Source: Pelagomonas calceolata (Eukaryota). From it: DNA of 64,000 nucleotides. Shown here one piece after another: positions 47,761 to 61,300 of this stretch. The stretch lies in contig CAKKNE010000003.1 of assembly GCA_918797485.1 (NCBI GenBank), forward strand, positions 2,914,001 to 2,978,000, read 5' to 3'. Below the pieces are notes generated by a model, which did no database searches, had not been told where the DNA came from, and saw only the letters and a program-made list of their open reading frames with translations. Each line of letters opens with the position of its first letter. Position 1 is the first letter of the stretch. Both the position numbers and the translations under genes were made by a program.

Positions 47761-49188
47761 TTACACCGTGACACCGAGCAGCTCCTCCGTCGACCGCGTC
47801 AGGAGCAGCTCCACCGCGGCGGTCTCGTCTTGACCGGCGTTCAGCAGGGCCGCCTCGCAGGCTCTTCGAGAAAATCCCATGGCCGCGAGGCGGTCGACGG
47901 CGCCCGTGTCTTCCTGGGCGAGTTGGGCCCCGAGGAGCGCCGTCTGCGCCGCGTGCGGGCGGTTGTGGACGTACTGGTCGTACGACGGCGGCCGCGGCGG
48001 CGCGCGGGGGGGCTTCGGCGGCGAGGGCGGGGCCTCCGGAAGCGCGGGCGCCGGTTCCGGCAGCACCGAGACCGCAGGGAGCGCCGCCGCCTCCGACAGG
48101 AGCACGTCCGGGAGCGCCGGCGCCGGCGCGCCCGGCTCGCGCAGGATGCGGATGTGCCGCTCCGGCGACCGGTCGTAGGACCGCGTGCCCACGCCGTAGA
48201 CCTCGCAGACGGCGTGCGTCTTGCGCCGCTCGGCGCGCCGCATCGGCCGGAGGCTGTGGGCCGTCCTTCTTGAATCGGCCACGAAGGCGCCGAGCTCCTT
48301 CTCCAATCGCTTCACGCGCCGAGGGTCCTTGCGCGCCCACGTCAGGAGCTCGTCGGACCAGAGCTGCGCCGCGGCGTGTTTTAGGGATGACCGGCGCCCG
48401 ACCGCGGCGATGCCGCTGGCAAGGTCGCGGCGCTGCGTCGGGACGCCGTAGGCCGCGGCGCGCGCGCCGTAGGCGGCGTCCGCCGCCGCCGCGGCGTCGG
48501 CCTCGCGCGCGGCGGCCGCCGCGCGCCGCTCGTCGTCGGCCACCCGCGTCGCGGCGATACTCGCGTACCAGTCGCCGCCGCCGCCGGTCGCTGCGCGTCC
48601 GTTGAGCGCCGGGAACGCCTCGGGCGCCGCGGCATGCTGCCCGCGCCGGAAGGGCGGCGCGGCGCCGCCGCCGAGCGCGGGGAAGTCCTCGTCCGCCGGC
48701 GCCGCGTCGTCATCATTTTGAGCGCTCGCCAGCACGTCGGGCGGGATCTCGTCGTCGTCGATGACGGCCGGCCCTCGCTGGCGCCGCCGCGGCCGCCGCG
48801 CGTACAGCGCGTCCAGCAGCGCCGCGGCCGTCGCGCGCGCGGCGTCGGCCCGGCGCCGCTCGGCCGCGGCCGCCTCGTCCTCGGCGCGCCGCGCGGCGCG
48901 CGTCGCGCGGCGCTGCGCCGCGCGGCGCTCGCGCTCGACGCCGAGGCGCTCGAGCTTGTTCCTTGCCAAATGCGCGTCGAGGCGCTGGCAGTCGTCGCGC
49001 GTCAGGGCCTTGCGGTCGAGCGGGTTCTCGAAGGTCGACGACGCCACGAGGTAGGCCGCGAGCGCCTCGCCGTCGAAGTAGTGCTGGTTGATCTTGAAGG
49101 GCTCGACCCTGAGCTCGTTGATGGGCTCGAGCGTGATGGGGTCGACGACGCTGTCGGGCAGCTGCTTCCAGTCCGTCGTGGACGCCAT
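47761..49188 (-). CDS. U-box/RING-like, R3H and UBA domain protein
   Basis: DPITLEP..HYFD..L..YL..NPLDRKAL; MRRAERRKTHAVCEVYGV (R3H); LAAMGFSRRACEAALLNAGQDETAAVELLL (UBA). Confidence 0.78.
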   Translation of the reverse strand: MASTTDWKQLPDSVVDPITLEPINELRVEPFKINQHYFDGEALAAYLVASSTFENPLDRKALTRDDCQRLDAHLARNKLERLGVERERRAAQRRATRAARRAEDEAAAAERRRADAARATAAALLDALYARRPRRRQRGPAVIDDDEIPPDVLASAQNDDDAAPADEDFPALGGGAAPPFRRGQHAAAPEAFPALNGRAATGGGGDWYASIAATRVADDERRAAAAAREADAAAAADAAYGARAAAYGVPTQRRDLASGIAAVGRRSSLKHAAAQLWSDELLTWARKDPRRVKRLEKELGAFVADSRRTAHSLRPMRRAERRKTHAVCEVYGVGTRSYDRSPERHIRILREPGAPAPALPDVLLSEAAALPAVSVLPEPAPALPEAPPSPPKPPRAPPRPPSYDQYVHNRPHAAQTALLGAQLAQEDTGAVDRLAAMGFSRRACEAALLNAGQDETAAVELLLTRSTEELLGVTV

Positions 49189-49568
49189 CGATGCGAGTCA
49201 CTGCGGCTGCTTGTGCTCTACTCGATCAATGCGCTAGCTCAATCGCTGTAATAAGTGCTTGAGCGCAGCTATAGGTGCGCGCGCCAGCCAGGGCATCTTT
49301 GCGGCGCTTGACGGGTTTTTCACTTTTGCAAAATCGATCAAACGAGCGCAGTAGTAGCTCAAAAAAGACTCTCTGCACCCGCATCGATTGCGCTTGAAGC
49401 CGCCACAGCGGTAGGACGAGCCCTCGCGACGCAAACAGACCACAGCTCTCTGGCAGCACAAATTGCAGGCGAGGCCACGGCCGCATTCGTCGTCCGCTGC
49501 AGGCGCGGAGTGTATATAAGCGTTCTTGACACCCTAGCCATTGGGCGTATTATTGCTTGACGACGGAC

Positions 49569-50574
49569 ATGGGCCGCCGCAAAAGCCAGGCGCCCGCAGC
49601 GGAGACGCCACAGACATCGATCACCGCGTTCCGCGAGGCCGAGAAGCGCTACCGGCCGCGGACGCGGACGCCCACCGACTACAGCGACGTGCTGGACCTG
49701 CGCGACGGCGCGGCCGCCGGCGTGGCCGCGGGCGCCGTGAGGCGCGCGGGACCGGGAGCCTACGAACTCACGGATAGGCCGGGCCTGTTCGTGCTGCCGG
49801 GCGTCGTCGCGCCGGACGCGCAGCGGCGCCTGGCCTTTTGCTGCTACGGCGCGTACCACCGGCCGCCCGCGGAGACGAACTTGACTTGGCTCGCGCGGCG
49901 CGACGGCACGGCGCCGCCGCCGCGGACCGCCGCGCCGCCCGCGAACCTGCGGTGGGCGACGCTCGGCCGCCACTACAACTGGACGGAGCGGACGTACGCG
50001 TGCGACCACGCCGAGCCGATGCCCCGCCACGTCGCCGAGCTCTGCGACGACCTGTGCGGTTTGATTGGTGTGACGATGAACGCCGAGGCGGCCATCGTGA
50101 ACTACTACCGGCCGGGCGACACCATGGGCGGCCACGTCGACGACGCGGAGACGGACCGCTCGTTGCCGCTCGTGTCGGTCAGTCTTGGATGCAGCGCGGC
50201 GCGGTGCGAAATCAAGTGGTCGTGCGATCGCGGCACTGGTTCATTTCCATGCAGGCGCGGTGTTCCTCGTCGGCGGCGCGACGCGCGACGTGGCGCCGAC
50301 GGCCGTGTGGCTGCGCTCGGGCGACGCGTGCGTCTTCGTCGGCGAAGCGGCGCGGTCCTACTACCACGGCGTCCCCCGCATCTTACCGGACACGTGTCCA
50401 TCACACCTACGAGAAGCCACGGCCTGGCCCGACGCGCCCGGCCCCGGCGACGGTGACAGTAGCGATGCGGCGTACGCTGCGGGCCGGCCGGCCGACGACG
50501 AGGCGCTCCGCGGCCTCTGCGAGTTCCTCCGCGGGTCGCGGCTCAACCTCAACGTCCGCGAGGTCGGCGACTAA
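49569..50574 (+). CDS. ALKBH1: AlkB homolog 1 (2OG-Fe(II) dioxygenase); exons 49569-50193 and 50255-50574
   Basis: LRWATLGRHYNWT, EAAIVNYY..MGGHVDD; spliced SLGCS-AVFLVGG, LRSGD, YHGVPRI, RLNLNVR. Confidence 0.88.
50194..50254 (+). mobile_element. Degenerate, internally deleted introner forming a 61-nt GC-AG intron
   Basis: Near-TSD GCGCGGCG/GCGCGGTG; ends CGGTGCGAAATCAA and TTCATTTCCATGCAG resemble the TIRs of the 11205-11381 element; removal restores the frame. Confidence 0.7.
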
Positions 50575-50922
50575 GTAAATGTTGTTATGAAATCCCCGCC
50601 CAGCGCTCCATTTCCTCCGGCGTGCACCCCTCGGCCGTGGCCTCGCAGGCCGGCCGCCGGCGCTGCATATTCTTCACGAACCTCGTTTTTTGTATGTCGT
50701 GCTGGACGACGGTGACCTCTAAGCATCACCCGCGTGCGGGTTTTCCAAAAAAAGTTCGGGTGTCTCACCATTTCTAGCCGTTGAGGGCTCTTGAGGGGGA
50801 ATTGGGAGCACTCCGCACGCGGGTGTCTAAGCATCACAAAAGTGGTGTAAAAAGTCACTCAACTTATATCATCATCGGAACCCCTGCGGCTCGGGAGCCC
50901 GACAAAATCTAAACGAAACTAC

Positions 50923-53037
<2,115 letters not shown>

Positions 53038-53375
53038 TCACTGATGCTGCTTCATCAAGCAAACTGATCGGGTTTTCCCGCGTTTTCCGGACGCGTCGCT
53101 TGAGGTTTCTCACCGCACGTGTACCAGAGGCGTGTTTACGAAAAGAGAGCACGGCCAGACGATCTCGAGCCAAAATCGCCCGAGGTCAGCTGCCGCGTCT
53201 CCGCGAGGCCAGACGTATAGCTCGTCGCACCGCTGCATCCGGGTGGCCTCTCCGAGCCGCCGGTTTCAAAACCTGAGAGCTACCTGCGTCCACCGGGGGG
53301 CTAGGAGCCACGCCAGCGAGCCCAAAGAGAAAGCGCACGCGCTGGCGCTAAGACGATAGCACCACTCAACAGTGC

Positions 53376-53396
53376 ATGTCTGCGGACATCAAATAA
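53376..53396 (+). promoter_or_regulatory. Upstream ORF MSADIK* in the AdoMetDC leader
   Basis: ATG TCT GCG GAC ATC AAA TAA, ending 8 nt before the main ATG at 53405. Confidence 0.6.
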
Positions 53397-53404
53397 CGGC
53401 CAGC

Positions 53405-54568
53405 ATGGCGCTCCTGCTCTCAGAGACGGGGAGCGACGCGTCGACGAACTCGCTGCCGCGGGCGGACTCGTTGGTCGACGAGCCGGGCGCCTTCGAGGGG
53501 CCCGAGAAGACGCTGGAGGTCTGCTTTCTACCCGGTGCTGGTGATATCAGAGGCTGCCGCGGCCTGACGCGGGCGCAGCTCGATTGTATCCTCGAGGAGG
53601 CGCGGTGTACTATTTTATCAAGGATGTCCAACGCGCACTTAGATGCGTATGTCCTGAGCGAATCGTCGTTATTTGTCTACGCTCATAAAGTAGTGGTGAA
53701 GACCTGCGGCCGCACGACTTTACTGAGATGCTTAAGACGCTTAGTGCAGGAGGCGACCTCGACGCTAGGCTTGCAATTAGAATGGGTCGGCTACTCCCGA
53801 AAAAACTACTGCTTCCCCGACGACCAGGTGGCGCCGCACGGCTGCTTCGAAGATGAGCTGAGATATCTCAAGGCGCACCAGGGCGACGCCGAAAAAGTGT
53901 TTGATGGGAGCGGCTACGTCCTCGGGCCGTTAACCGGAGACCACTGGTTCGTCTACGTGTCGGACCAGTGTGAGCGGCCGGCGTCTTCCGCTACCGAAAG
54001 GACCGTGAACGTCATGATGTTCGACTTGCCCGAGGACGTGCGGAGGCACTTTCACCTGCAGGGCGACGAGGACTCCGATTTAAGGGCGGCTGGTCGGGCA
54101 ATGACGCAAAGAAGTGGCCTCAAAGCGCTCATACCAGGTAAGGTCGACGACCACGCCTTCGCGCCGTGCGGCTACTCGCTGAACGCCTTGTCGTTCGAGT
54201 CGTACACTACTGTCCACGTCACTCCCGAAGCGTCCTGCTCCTACGCGTCCTTCGAGACGAACACGGCCCTGAAGTCGTATGGCAGTTTGGTGAAGAACGT
54301 GCTGGCGGTCTTCCGGCCGAAGCGCGTCGTACTCACACTCTTCGCGGACGAAGCTGGCTTGCGCGAGCTGCCGCGGTCGGCGCTCTTCGACGGCCAGCCG
54401 CGCTTGGACGTGTCGGGCTCGACGTATGTTAGGGAGAACCTTTCTTCCACACAAGTCGAGCACGACTGCGTCTGCATGATGGCGAACTACACGCTCAAAA
54501 GACCGGGCGCGTCGCGGACGGCGACGCCATCTAGTCCCCTGCGGCCGCGCATCGGCTCGCTCCAGTAG
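53405..54568 (+). CDS. AMD1: S-adenosylmethionine decarboxylase proenzyme
   Basis: FEGPEKTLEV, DAYVLSE/SSLFVY (pyruvoyl cleavage site), KTCGRT, FAPCGYSLN, TVHVTPE..SYASFET. Confidence 0.96.
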   Translation: MALLLSETGSDASTNSLPRADSLVDEPGAFEGPEKTLEVCFLPGAGDIRGCRGLTRAQLDCILEEARCTILSRMSNAHLDAYVLSESSLFVYAHKVVVKTCGRTTLLRCLRRLVQEATSTLGLQLEWVGYSRKNYCFPDDQVAPHGCFEDELRYLKAHQGDAEKVFDGSGYVLGPLTGDHWFVYVSDQCERPASSATERTVNVMMFDLPEDVRRHFHLQGDEDSDLRAAGRAMTQRSGLKALIPGKVDDHAFAPCGYSLNALSFESYTTVHVTPEASCSYASFETNTALKSYGSLVKNVLAVFRPKRVVLTLFADEAGLRELPRSALFDGQPRLDVSGSTYVRENLSSTQVEHDCVCMMANYTLKRPGASRTATPSSPLRPRIGSLQ

Positions 54569-54976
54569 GGCGCGCCCCGCCGCAACGGCAACACTCTCCC
54601 TAACTTATACTGTACTCGTATCCTTTGTTAGATGCCGTTGTCGGGTACGCGTGTGCCGCCGCGGCGCCGTGGACACTTGGCGCTATCGTGATGCGTTGTA
54701 TGAAACGGCTATCACTCGGCGACGGCGTATGGGGACCGGGGGTGGGACGGGCGTCCGCTCAAGCGGCTTGGTGGAATCTTTGGTAGTTAGGCTGCCTAGT
54801 TCTAAGCAAAGCAAACGGCTTCGCGGAGGTTCACAAAGCAAAAAAAAGCGTGTGGAATATACAAGCTTTACACTTCTTGTGGAAACGGTTGGGGCCGCTG
54901 GAGCGTGCCTCGCCGGGGAACCCTTCTCGGGCTCGACCCTGATGCGGACTGCCTCCGGCGACGCCGCGCGAAACGC

Positions 54977-56110
54977 CTAGAAGCACTTGCGGTGCACGAT
55001 GGCCGGGCCGGACTCGTCGTACTCGGCCTTGGAGATCCACATCGACTGGAAGGTCGAGAGCGACGAGAGGATGGAGCCGCCGATCCAGACGGAGTACTTG
55101 CGCTCCGGCGGCGCGACGACCTTGATCTTCATCGTCGACGGCGCGAGCGCCGTGAGCTCCTTGGTCATGCGCTCGCCGATGCCCGGGTACATGGTCGTGC
55201 CGCCCGAGAGCACGATGTTGGCGTAGAGGTCCTTGCGGATGTCGACGTCGCACTTCATGATCGTCTGGAACGTGCAGTCGTGGATGCCCGAGGCCTCCTT
55301 GCCGATGAACGAGGGCTGGAACAGCACCTCGGGGCAGCGGAAGCGCTCGTTGCCGATGACGATGACGTTGCCGTCGGGGAGCTCGTACGACTTCTCGAGG
55401 GCCGACGACTCGGCGGCCGTCTTCATCTCCTGGTCGAAGTCGAGGGCGATGTACGTGAGCTTCTCCTTGATGTCGCGCACGATCTCGCGCTCGGCCGTCG
55501 TCGTGAACGAGTAGCCGCGCTCCGTGAGGATCTTCATCATGTAGTCCGTGAGGTCGCGGCCCGCGAGGTCGAGGCGCACGATGGCGTGCGGCAGGGCGTA
55601 GCCCTCGTAGATGGGCACCGTGTGCGAGACGCCGTCGCCCGAGTCGAGCACGCAGCCCGTCGTGCGGCCCGAGGCGTAGAGCGAGAGCACGGCCTGGATG
55701 TTGACGTACATGGCCGGCACGTTGAAGGTCTCGAACATGATCTGCGTCATGCGCTCGCGGTTCGCCTTGGGGTTGAGCGGCGCCTCCGTGAGGAGGACCG
55801 GGTGCTCCTCGGGCGCGACGCGGAGCTCGTTGTAGAAGGTGTGGTGCCAGATCTTCTCCATGTCGTCCCAGTTCGTCACGATGCCGTGCTCGATGGGGTA
55901 CTTGAGCGTGAGCACGCCGCGCTTCGACTGGGCCTCGTCGCCGACGTAGGCGTCCTTCTGGTCCATGCCGACCATGATCCCGGGGTGCTTCGGGCGGCCG
56001 ACGATGGACGGGAAGACGGCGCGCGGGGCGTCGTCGCCGGCGAAGCCGGCCTTGCACATGCCCGAGCCGTTGTCGACGACGAGCGCCTGCACGTCTTCGT
56101 CCTCGGCCAT
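54977..56110 (-). CDS. ACT: Actin (stramenopile type)
   Basis: Full-length actin: [26 protein letters not shown]...IVHRKCF; near-exclusive G/C third codon positions. Confidence 0.99.
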
Positions 56111-56680
56111 GGTTGTTATTTAAGGGTCCTGCGGGGGGCGCGGCGGTCATGGTTATGATCAGGAACGGCGCGCGGGGCCGCGGGCGGAGGGCGCGGCGCC
56201 GAATCTCGCGAGGCGCCAAATATTATCTTCGGCAGCTGGGGCCCCGTCGCGGCCTCGCGGCGCTGCGCTTTTTCTCACGGCGACGGCGCGGCGAGAGCGC
56301 GAACGACAGACGCAGCCCCCCGGTGAATGAGGCGCTGTGGCGTGCTTTTGGAGCCTCGTTGTTTAGGTGGCGAGTTCGGGGAAAATCGAGCGGCCGGCTT
56401 TTTGGGTTCCTACACGCGTTCATCCCTTCGAGCGTCCGGGGGGCGTCGAGGACCCGCTCCGAGGCCTCCGCGAGGCCCTGGCGCCGGAAATGGTTCCCAG
56501 CAACCCTGCCATTTCCATCCATCTCAATGCATGGCGGGACGGATTTGCGCCCGGGACATCTCGATGGCGCTGTAAGGACGGTTGGAAGGACTGCTCTCCA
56601 TATATAGCAACGAGCAACGTGCCATGCACCGATAGGGGCAGCAACAAAAATGCTCTCTCGTAGCTGCTGAGAGAGCACCA

Positions 56681-58366
56681 ATGTGGGCCCTCAAGCCGCC
56701 GCGCCGCCCCGCGAAGAAGAAAATAAACCAAGAGACGCCGGAGCGCACGCCGCCCGAGCCCGACGCCGCGCCGGAGCAGGCGCTGCCGCCGCACAGCGCC
56801 TGGGCCTGGTCCGAGACGACGGACGTCGTCGACTCTCTATTATCTCTCGGCGGCGCGTACACGGAGGCGCGCCGCGCGGGGCGCCTCCTCGCGTACTACG
56901 CGCAGGACATTGGCCGCGAGGCGGCGCGCTGGCGCGGCGCGCGCGAGGCCTTCGAGCGCGAGGCCGGGCAAGTCGAGGCGGCGTCGGCGCAGCAGCAGGC
57001 GCAGCTACGGCGCTGGGGCCTGCGGAGATTAAGGAGGCCCTTCGCGGAGCTAGCCGCTGCACGGGCGGCGCGCGCGCGGGCCCAGGCGGCCGCGGCGTCG
57101 GCGGCCGAGAACGCGCTGCTCGCGCGCGGCGCCGAGGCCGCGGCGTTGCTCGAGGGCGATTGTTGTCAAGCGGTGCTCGAGGCCGGCTTCTGCCAGCTGG
57201 CGCCGCGCGACGTGCTCGCTAAATCGGCGACGCTCAAAGCGCGGCGGTCGGGCCTGCGCGCCCGCGACGAGGCCGTCGAGCGCGCGGCCGCGGCCGCGCG
57301 GGCCCTCCGGAGCCGCGTCGCCGCGCGGACGCCGCAGGCAAGGGTCCAGGCTTTACGTAGAGCCGCGGCGGCCGCGGCCGAGGCCGACGCGGTGTTGCGC
57401 GACCCCAGGGCCGATACGAGTTCGAGACGGAACGCGGCGGCGGCGCGCACGGCCGCCGAGGCCGACGCCGACGAAATACTGGAAGACGAGCGCCACCGCG
57501 AGGGCCGGCTATTAGCCAAGTGGCGCGCGCGCGTGAAGGAACAGGACGTGGCGCCGCGCGCGGTCCTGGCCTTCGCGAATCGATTCGCGGAGGACGTCTG
57601 CGACGCCTTCTCCGGGAAGGAGCACCGCTCTTCATTAGCGTCGCTCGCCGCGCGGCTGTGCACGCGCGGCGGCCGCGACTTCCTCATCCCCCAGAGGCGG
57701 CGGCGCGCGCTCGCGGCTTCCGATAGGCGCTTCCTCGCGTGCCAGCGGCGCTTTTGTCAACGTTTGCGAAACCTAGGACCGGACGAGGTCGCGCGGCTCG
57801 TCGGCGCGACGCCGCCGGCCTCGTACGACGCGCACCCCATTCAACCATTGCGCGTGCTGGACGACCTGGGCCAGCCGCCGGCGCGCCTCGTCGAGGCCGT
57901 CTTCGAGGCCTTTGCGCGTATTACGCGGTCATCGACTGTGATGGGCGCCGAGGACGTGTTGGGGCTCGCGGTGCACGCGCTGGCGACGGGCGACGACGGC
58001 CCCATGCGACCAAGCACGGGCTTGTACGTGGCAAGAGTCTACGGTGTCCGCGACCCGGCGCTCTGCGACAGCGGCCGAGACGCGGAAGCCAAGTACCTCC
58101 TGACGACGCTCGAGGCCGCCGTCGCGGCCGTCGCGGCGCTCGGGGCTAGCGAAGAAGCGACGTCCACGACGGAGCCGGAGACGGAGCATGACGACGACGA
58201 CGCGATATCCACGGAAGTCGACTTCGCCGCGCTCGCGGCCGAGGCCGACGCCGACGCCTATGAAGGCGACGACGTGTCCCTACGGGAACTAGGAAAGTGG
58301 CTCTCCACCGAAAGTGCCAGAGAGGACACGGTCGACTTGTTACGCGACGAGGGGTGGGTCCGATAG
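56681..58366 (+). CDS. Coiled-coil protein with a VPS9-like (Rab5 GEF) domain
   Basis: MGAEDVLGLAVHAL and EAKYLLTTLEAAV resemble the VPS9 GADDLLP and GExxYxLTTL motifs. Confidence 0.6.
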   Translation: MWALKPPRRPAKKKINQETPERTPPEPDAAPEQALPPHSAWAWSETTDVVDSLLSLGGAYTEARRAGRLLAYYAQDIGREAARWRGAREAFEREAGQVEAASAQQQAQLRRWGLRRLRRPFAELAAARAARARAQAAAASAAENALLARGAEAAALLEGDCCQAVLEAGFCQLAPRDVLAKSATLKARRSGLRARDEAVERAAAAARALRSRVAARTPQARVQALRRAAAAAAEADAVLRDPRADTSSRRNAAAARTAAEADADEILEDERHREGRLLAKWRARVKEQDVAPRAVLAFANRFAEDVCDAFSGKEHRSSLASLAARLCTRGGRDFLIPQRRRRALAASDRRFLACQRRFCQRLRNLGPDEVARLVGATPPASYDAHPIQPLRVLDDLGQPPARLVEAVFEAFARITRSSTVMGAEDVLGLAVHALATGDDGPMRPSTGLYVARVYGVRDPALCDSGRDAEAKYLLTTLEAAVAAVAALGASEEATSTTEPETEHDDDDAISTEVDFAALAAEADADAYEGDDVSLRELGKWLSTESAREDTVDLLRDEGWVR

Positions 58367-58387
58367 TAATTCACAGACATTTTGTTA

Positions 58388-61300
58388 CTACCAGTTCTCC
58401 ACGGAGTCGAAGGACGCGCGCGACTTCCGCCTGATCGGTGTAAAACGGGCAGGACTCTTCGCGCGCGCGCGCTCGGCCTCCTCCTCCTCCAGTCGCTCGA
58501 TGGTCTTCTCGGCTCGGGGTAGCTTCGTCCTCACGAATTTCTTCTTTTTGGCGAGATCCAGCTCCTGCTTGACCGTTCTAGGTCGTAAGGACCGCATCGT
58601 CGGCGACTGGACGACTTCTACAGGGTGGGCGTTCTTCATGCGCTCGGACGGTTCTTCCTCCACTTGAACAATCGCACCTTCCTCGACGACGTGGCTCCGC
58701 CAGGGCCTCCTCTCACTTTTCCGGATCTGCCACGACTTGTTGTCCCGCGGGTCGCGCGGCTCGTCCCGCAGCTTCAAATCCTCGAGTTGCGGCACGCCAT
58801 TATTACGGGGCGCGCCCGAGAACTTCGTATCTTTCCACCTCGACTTTTGTTCCACGGTGTTATATATAGGGTCCGTATGTAACAAACACCGCTCGACGAG
58901 AGATCGCTGACTGAGCGATTGGGGACAAGAAAAGGCGCGCTTCGCTACTTCCACAGACCGTCGACAGTCGTGGTAGCACTGGATGCGGAATAGCGCCTCG
59001 GCCGCGGTCAGCCCGTAGAGCCGTCCCAACACCAAAGCGCAGACCATGCCCGCGCGGCCGTGCCCCAGCCGACTATAGACGTAGACGCCGACGCCCTGCC
59101 TTAATTCGTGTTCGATGGCCTCGCAGACTCTGATCAACGTCTCCTCGTCGCCGCACTTCTCGGGCTCGACGGCGTAGCGGATCGTCCTTAGTCTATGAGG
59201 CAGCTTTTTTAGTCTACGTTTAGCGGCGTCCATCGCATTCCTAGCCAGTCTTAGCTTGGCCATGCACGTGTTGTACTCCTTTTCGCTTTCTTCATACCTA
59301 GCGTCCCAGGGCTTGTAGCGCGGGCACCGTTTTACGGCTTGGTCCGCAAACAGGTGGTTCGTCGTGGCCTTCACTAGCACTCCACTTTCGGCCGTATGGG
59401 TTCGATCGAGGATAGCTTGGAGCGCACAAGTGACGGCCCCGAGCTCGTCCGTCGACTTCTCCCCGAACACGAGCTGGGCCTTCCTCGAGACCTCTTCCTC
59501 GGCCATCAGCAGCTTTTTACCAGCCAATTCGATGCGCCGCCACTGGTCGCCCAGTGAATCGGCATGGATCCGCGCTTCCGCCTCTGGCATCAAATCAACA
59601 AACACGCGAACCCCGTTAAAAACAATGGAACCGGCGCAGCCGATCTCGTCCTCCTCGAAGTCAAAATCTCTGGTAGCACATAACCTCTTGGGCCCCGACG
59701 GGTAGGCGCCCATGCACAGCAGCCCGGGGACGACCCAATTACTCACGTCGGCGGGGCCCTTCATCTTCATCTTGAAATTGAAATGAACGTCTTCATCATC
59801 TATAATTAATGCGTTGGCTTTTCCTCTATGGCCGCCCATGTCCGGCAACGGTGGCAGATCGATGCCGCACGCCGGGTGCCACGGCGCCCGGTTTAACATG
59901 TCTTCTTTGTCTCGTTGGATCGCTGCTTTCAGTTCGAGCTGCTGGTTGGTGGTGAGGCCTTCGAAGTGCGTTTCTCCCACGAGCTCCTTATCCCTTAAGA
60001 ACTGCGCTTCCTGGCGCCAGTGCCGGAAGTACAAATGGACGAACCTCTGGCCCCTTTCGGTCCACTTGTCCGCCACTAATTTACACTTGTCTCGAAGACA
60101 GGCCATATATTCATTGAGCTCGACTTGCGTCTCGAAGTAGACCGAACCATCGGTGGTATAGCACGACGAGAACCTCGATGGGTCCGTCACATATTTAAAC
60201 TTGCGGTGGATCTGCCTGGTGGCTTCGTAGGCCGCGTCGGCCGCCGCCTGCTCCAAGGCTTCCTTGTGGCGCCACCACCTCATATTTTTCCAGTTTCTCT
60301 GGATGGTCGAAGAGCACCTGTTTCTTTCAGCGCGGCGCATGCGCCGCGCGTTCGCGCGCCAGTCGTTGACGTAGCCCTGCTTGATTTGATTCGCGAAGCG
60401 CCGGTCCACGGCCCGCAGCACTTGGTTGCAGGCGACTCTTCGCGCTTCGACGAGTAGAGCTCTCCTCATTTCCGGTCTTTCGACAAATTCTTCTCTCACC
60501 AATTCCATGCGTCGATCTTCCGGTACTTGAATAGGTAACGGCGCCCGGAAGTCCCTGGACTCCACATTCACGTAGCCCGCGCGCGCGGCGTTCACGAAGC
60601 CTGTTCGCGATCGCCTCGCATCGTCCAACTTCACCCGATGAATCAAACGCTCATCTCTCGCGGCGTCGCACTCGCGGACATAATCCCCCGAACAGCTCCC
60701 GCAGATCTGCACTCGACAGTATCTCACGGCGCCGTCACCTACTACGACAGGAGGCTTCTTCGGCAGGGTGTGGTGCTGGTGGATCTCCTCGTGGCTCGGT
60801 TCCTTGTACGTTCTTTCAGGTACATCAACTAAAAGCCCCCACCGTTCTCGTTTCCTCCGGAACAATTTCGGGCCCCGCCGTCGCCGCGCCGCGAAGACGC
60901 CAGCACCCGCGGCCTTGTCCGGCGATCGTACAGGAGCGTCCTCATCTGAAGAAGCGTCCTCGCGGTCCGCCTCGTCCGAAATGACTAGCACGACCTCCCC
61001 CGCGCGCCACGCGTCATTATGAATGTCCCTTTCCACGTCGCCCGCACAATAGTTTATCAAAGGCGCCTCCTGCGCCACGGGCACCGTCAAATCGACGCCC
61101 CGCGCCTCGAGGTCCGCCTCGGTGAGCTCCGAGGTCATGCCGTGCGCGAGCTCGTGGCACAGCCGCGCGCCGCCCTTGTTGAGCGTGCCCAGCCGCGTGC
61201 CTTGGAGCGCGCCGCTCGTATCGTCTAAACACAACGCGCGCACCTTGCCGTGGCGCAGGTGGTCGTGCTCGTTGCCGCCCGGCCGCGGCGGGTGCGTCAG

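Noticed and set aside
50180..50270. Programmed frameshift or pseudogene explanation for the ALKBH1, TrmH and PDS frame breaks
   Set aside because: Each is resolved exactly by a GT-AG or GC-AG intron that restores conserved residues.
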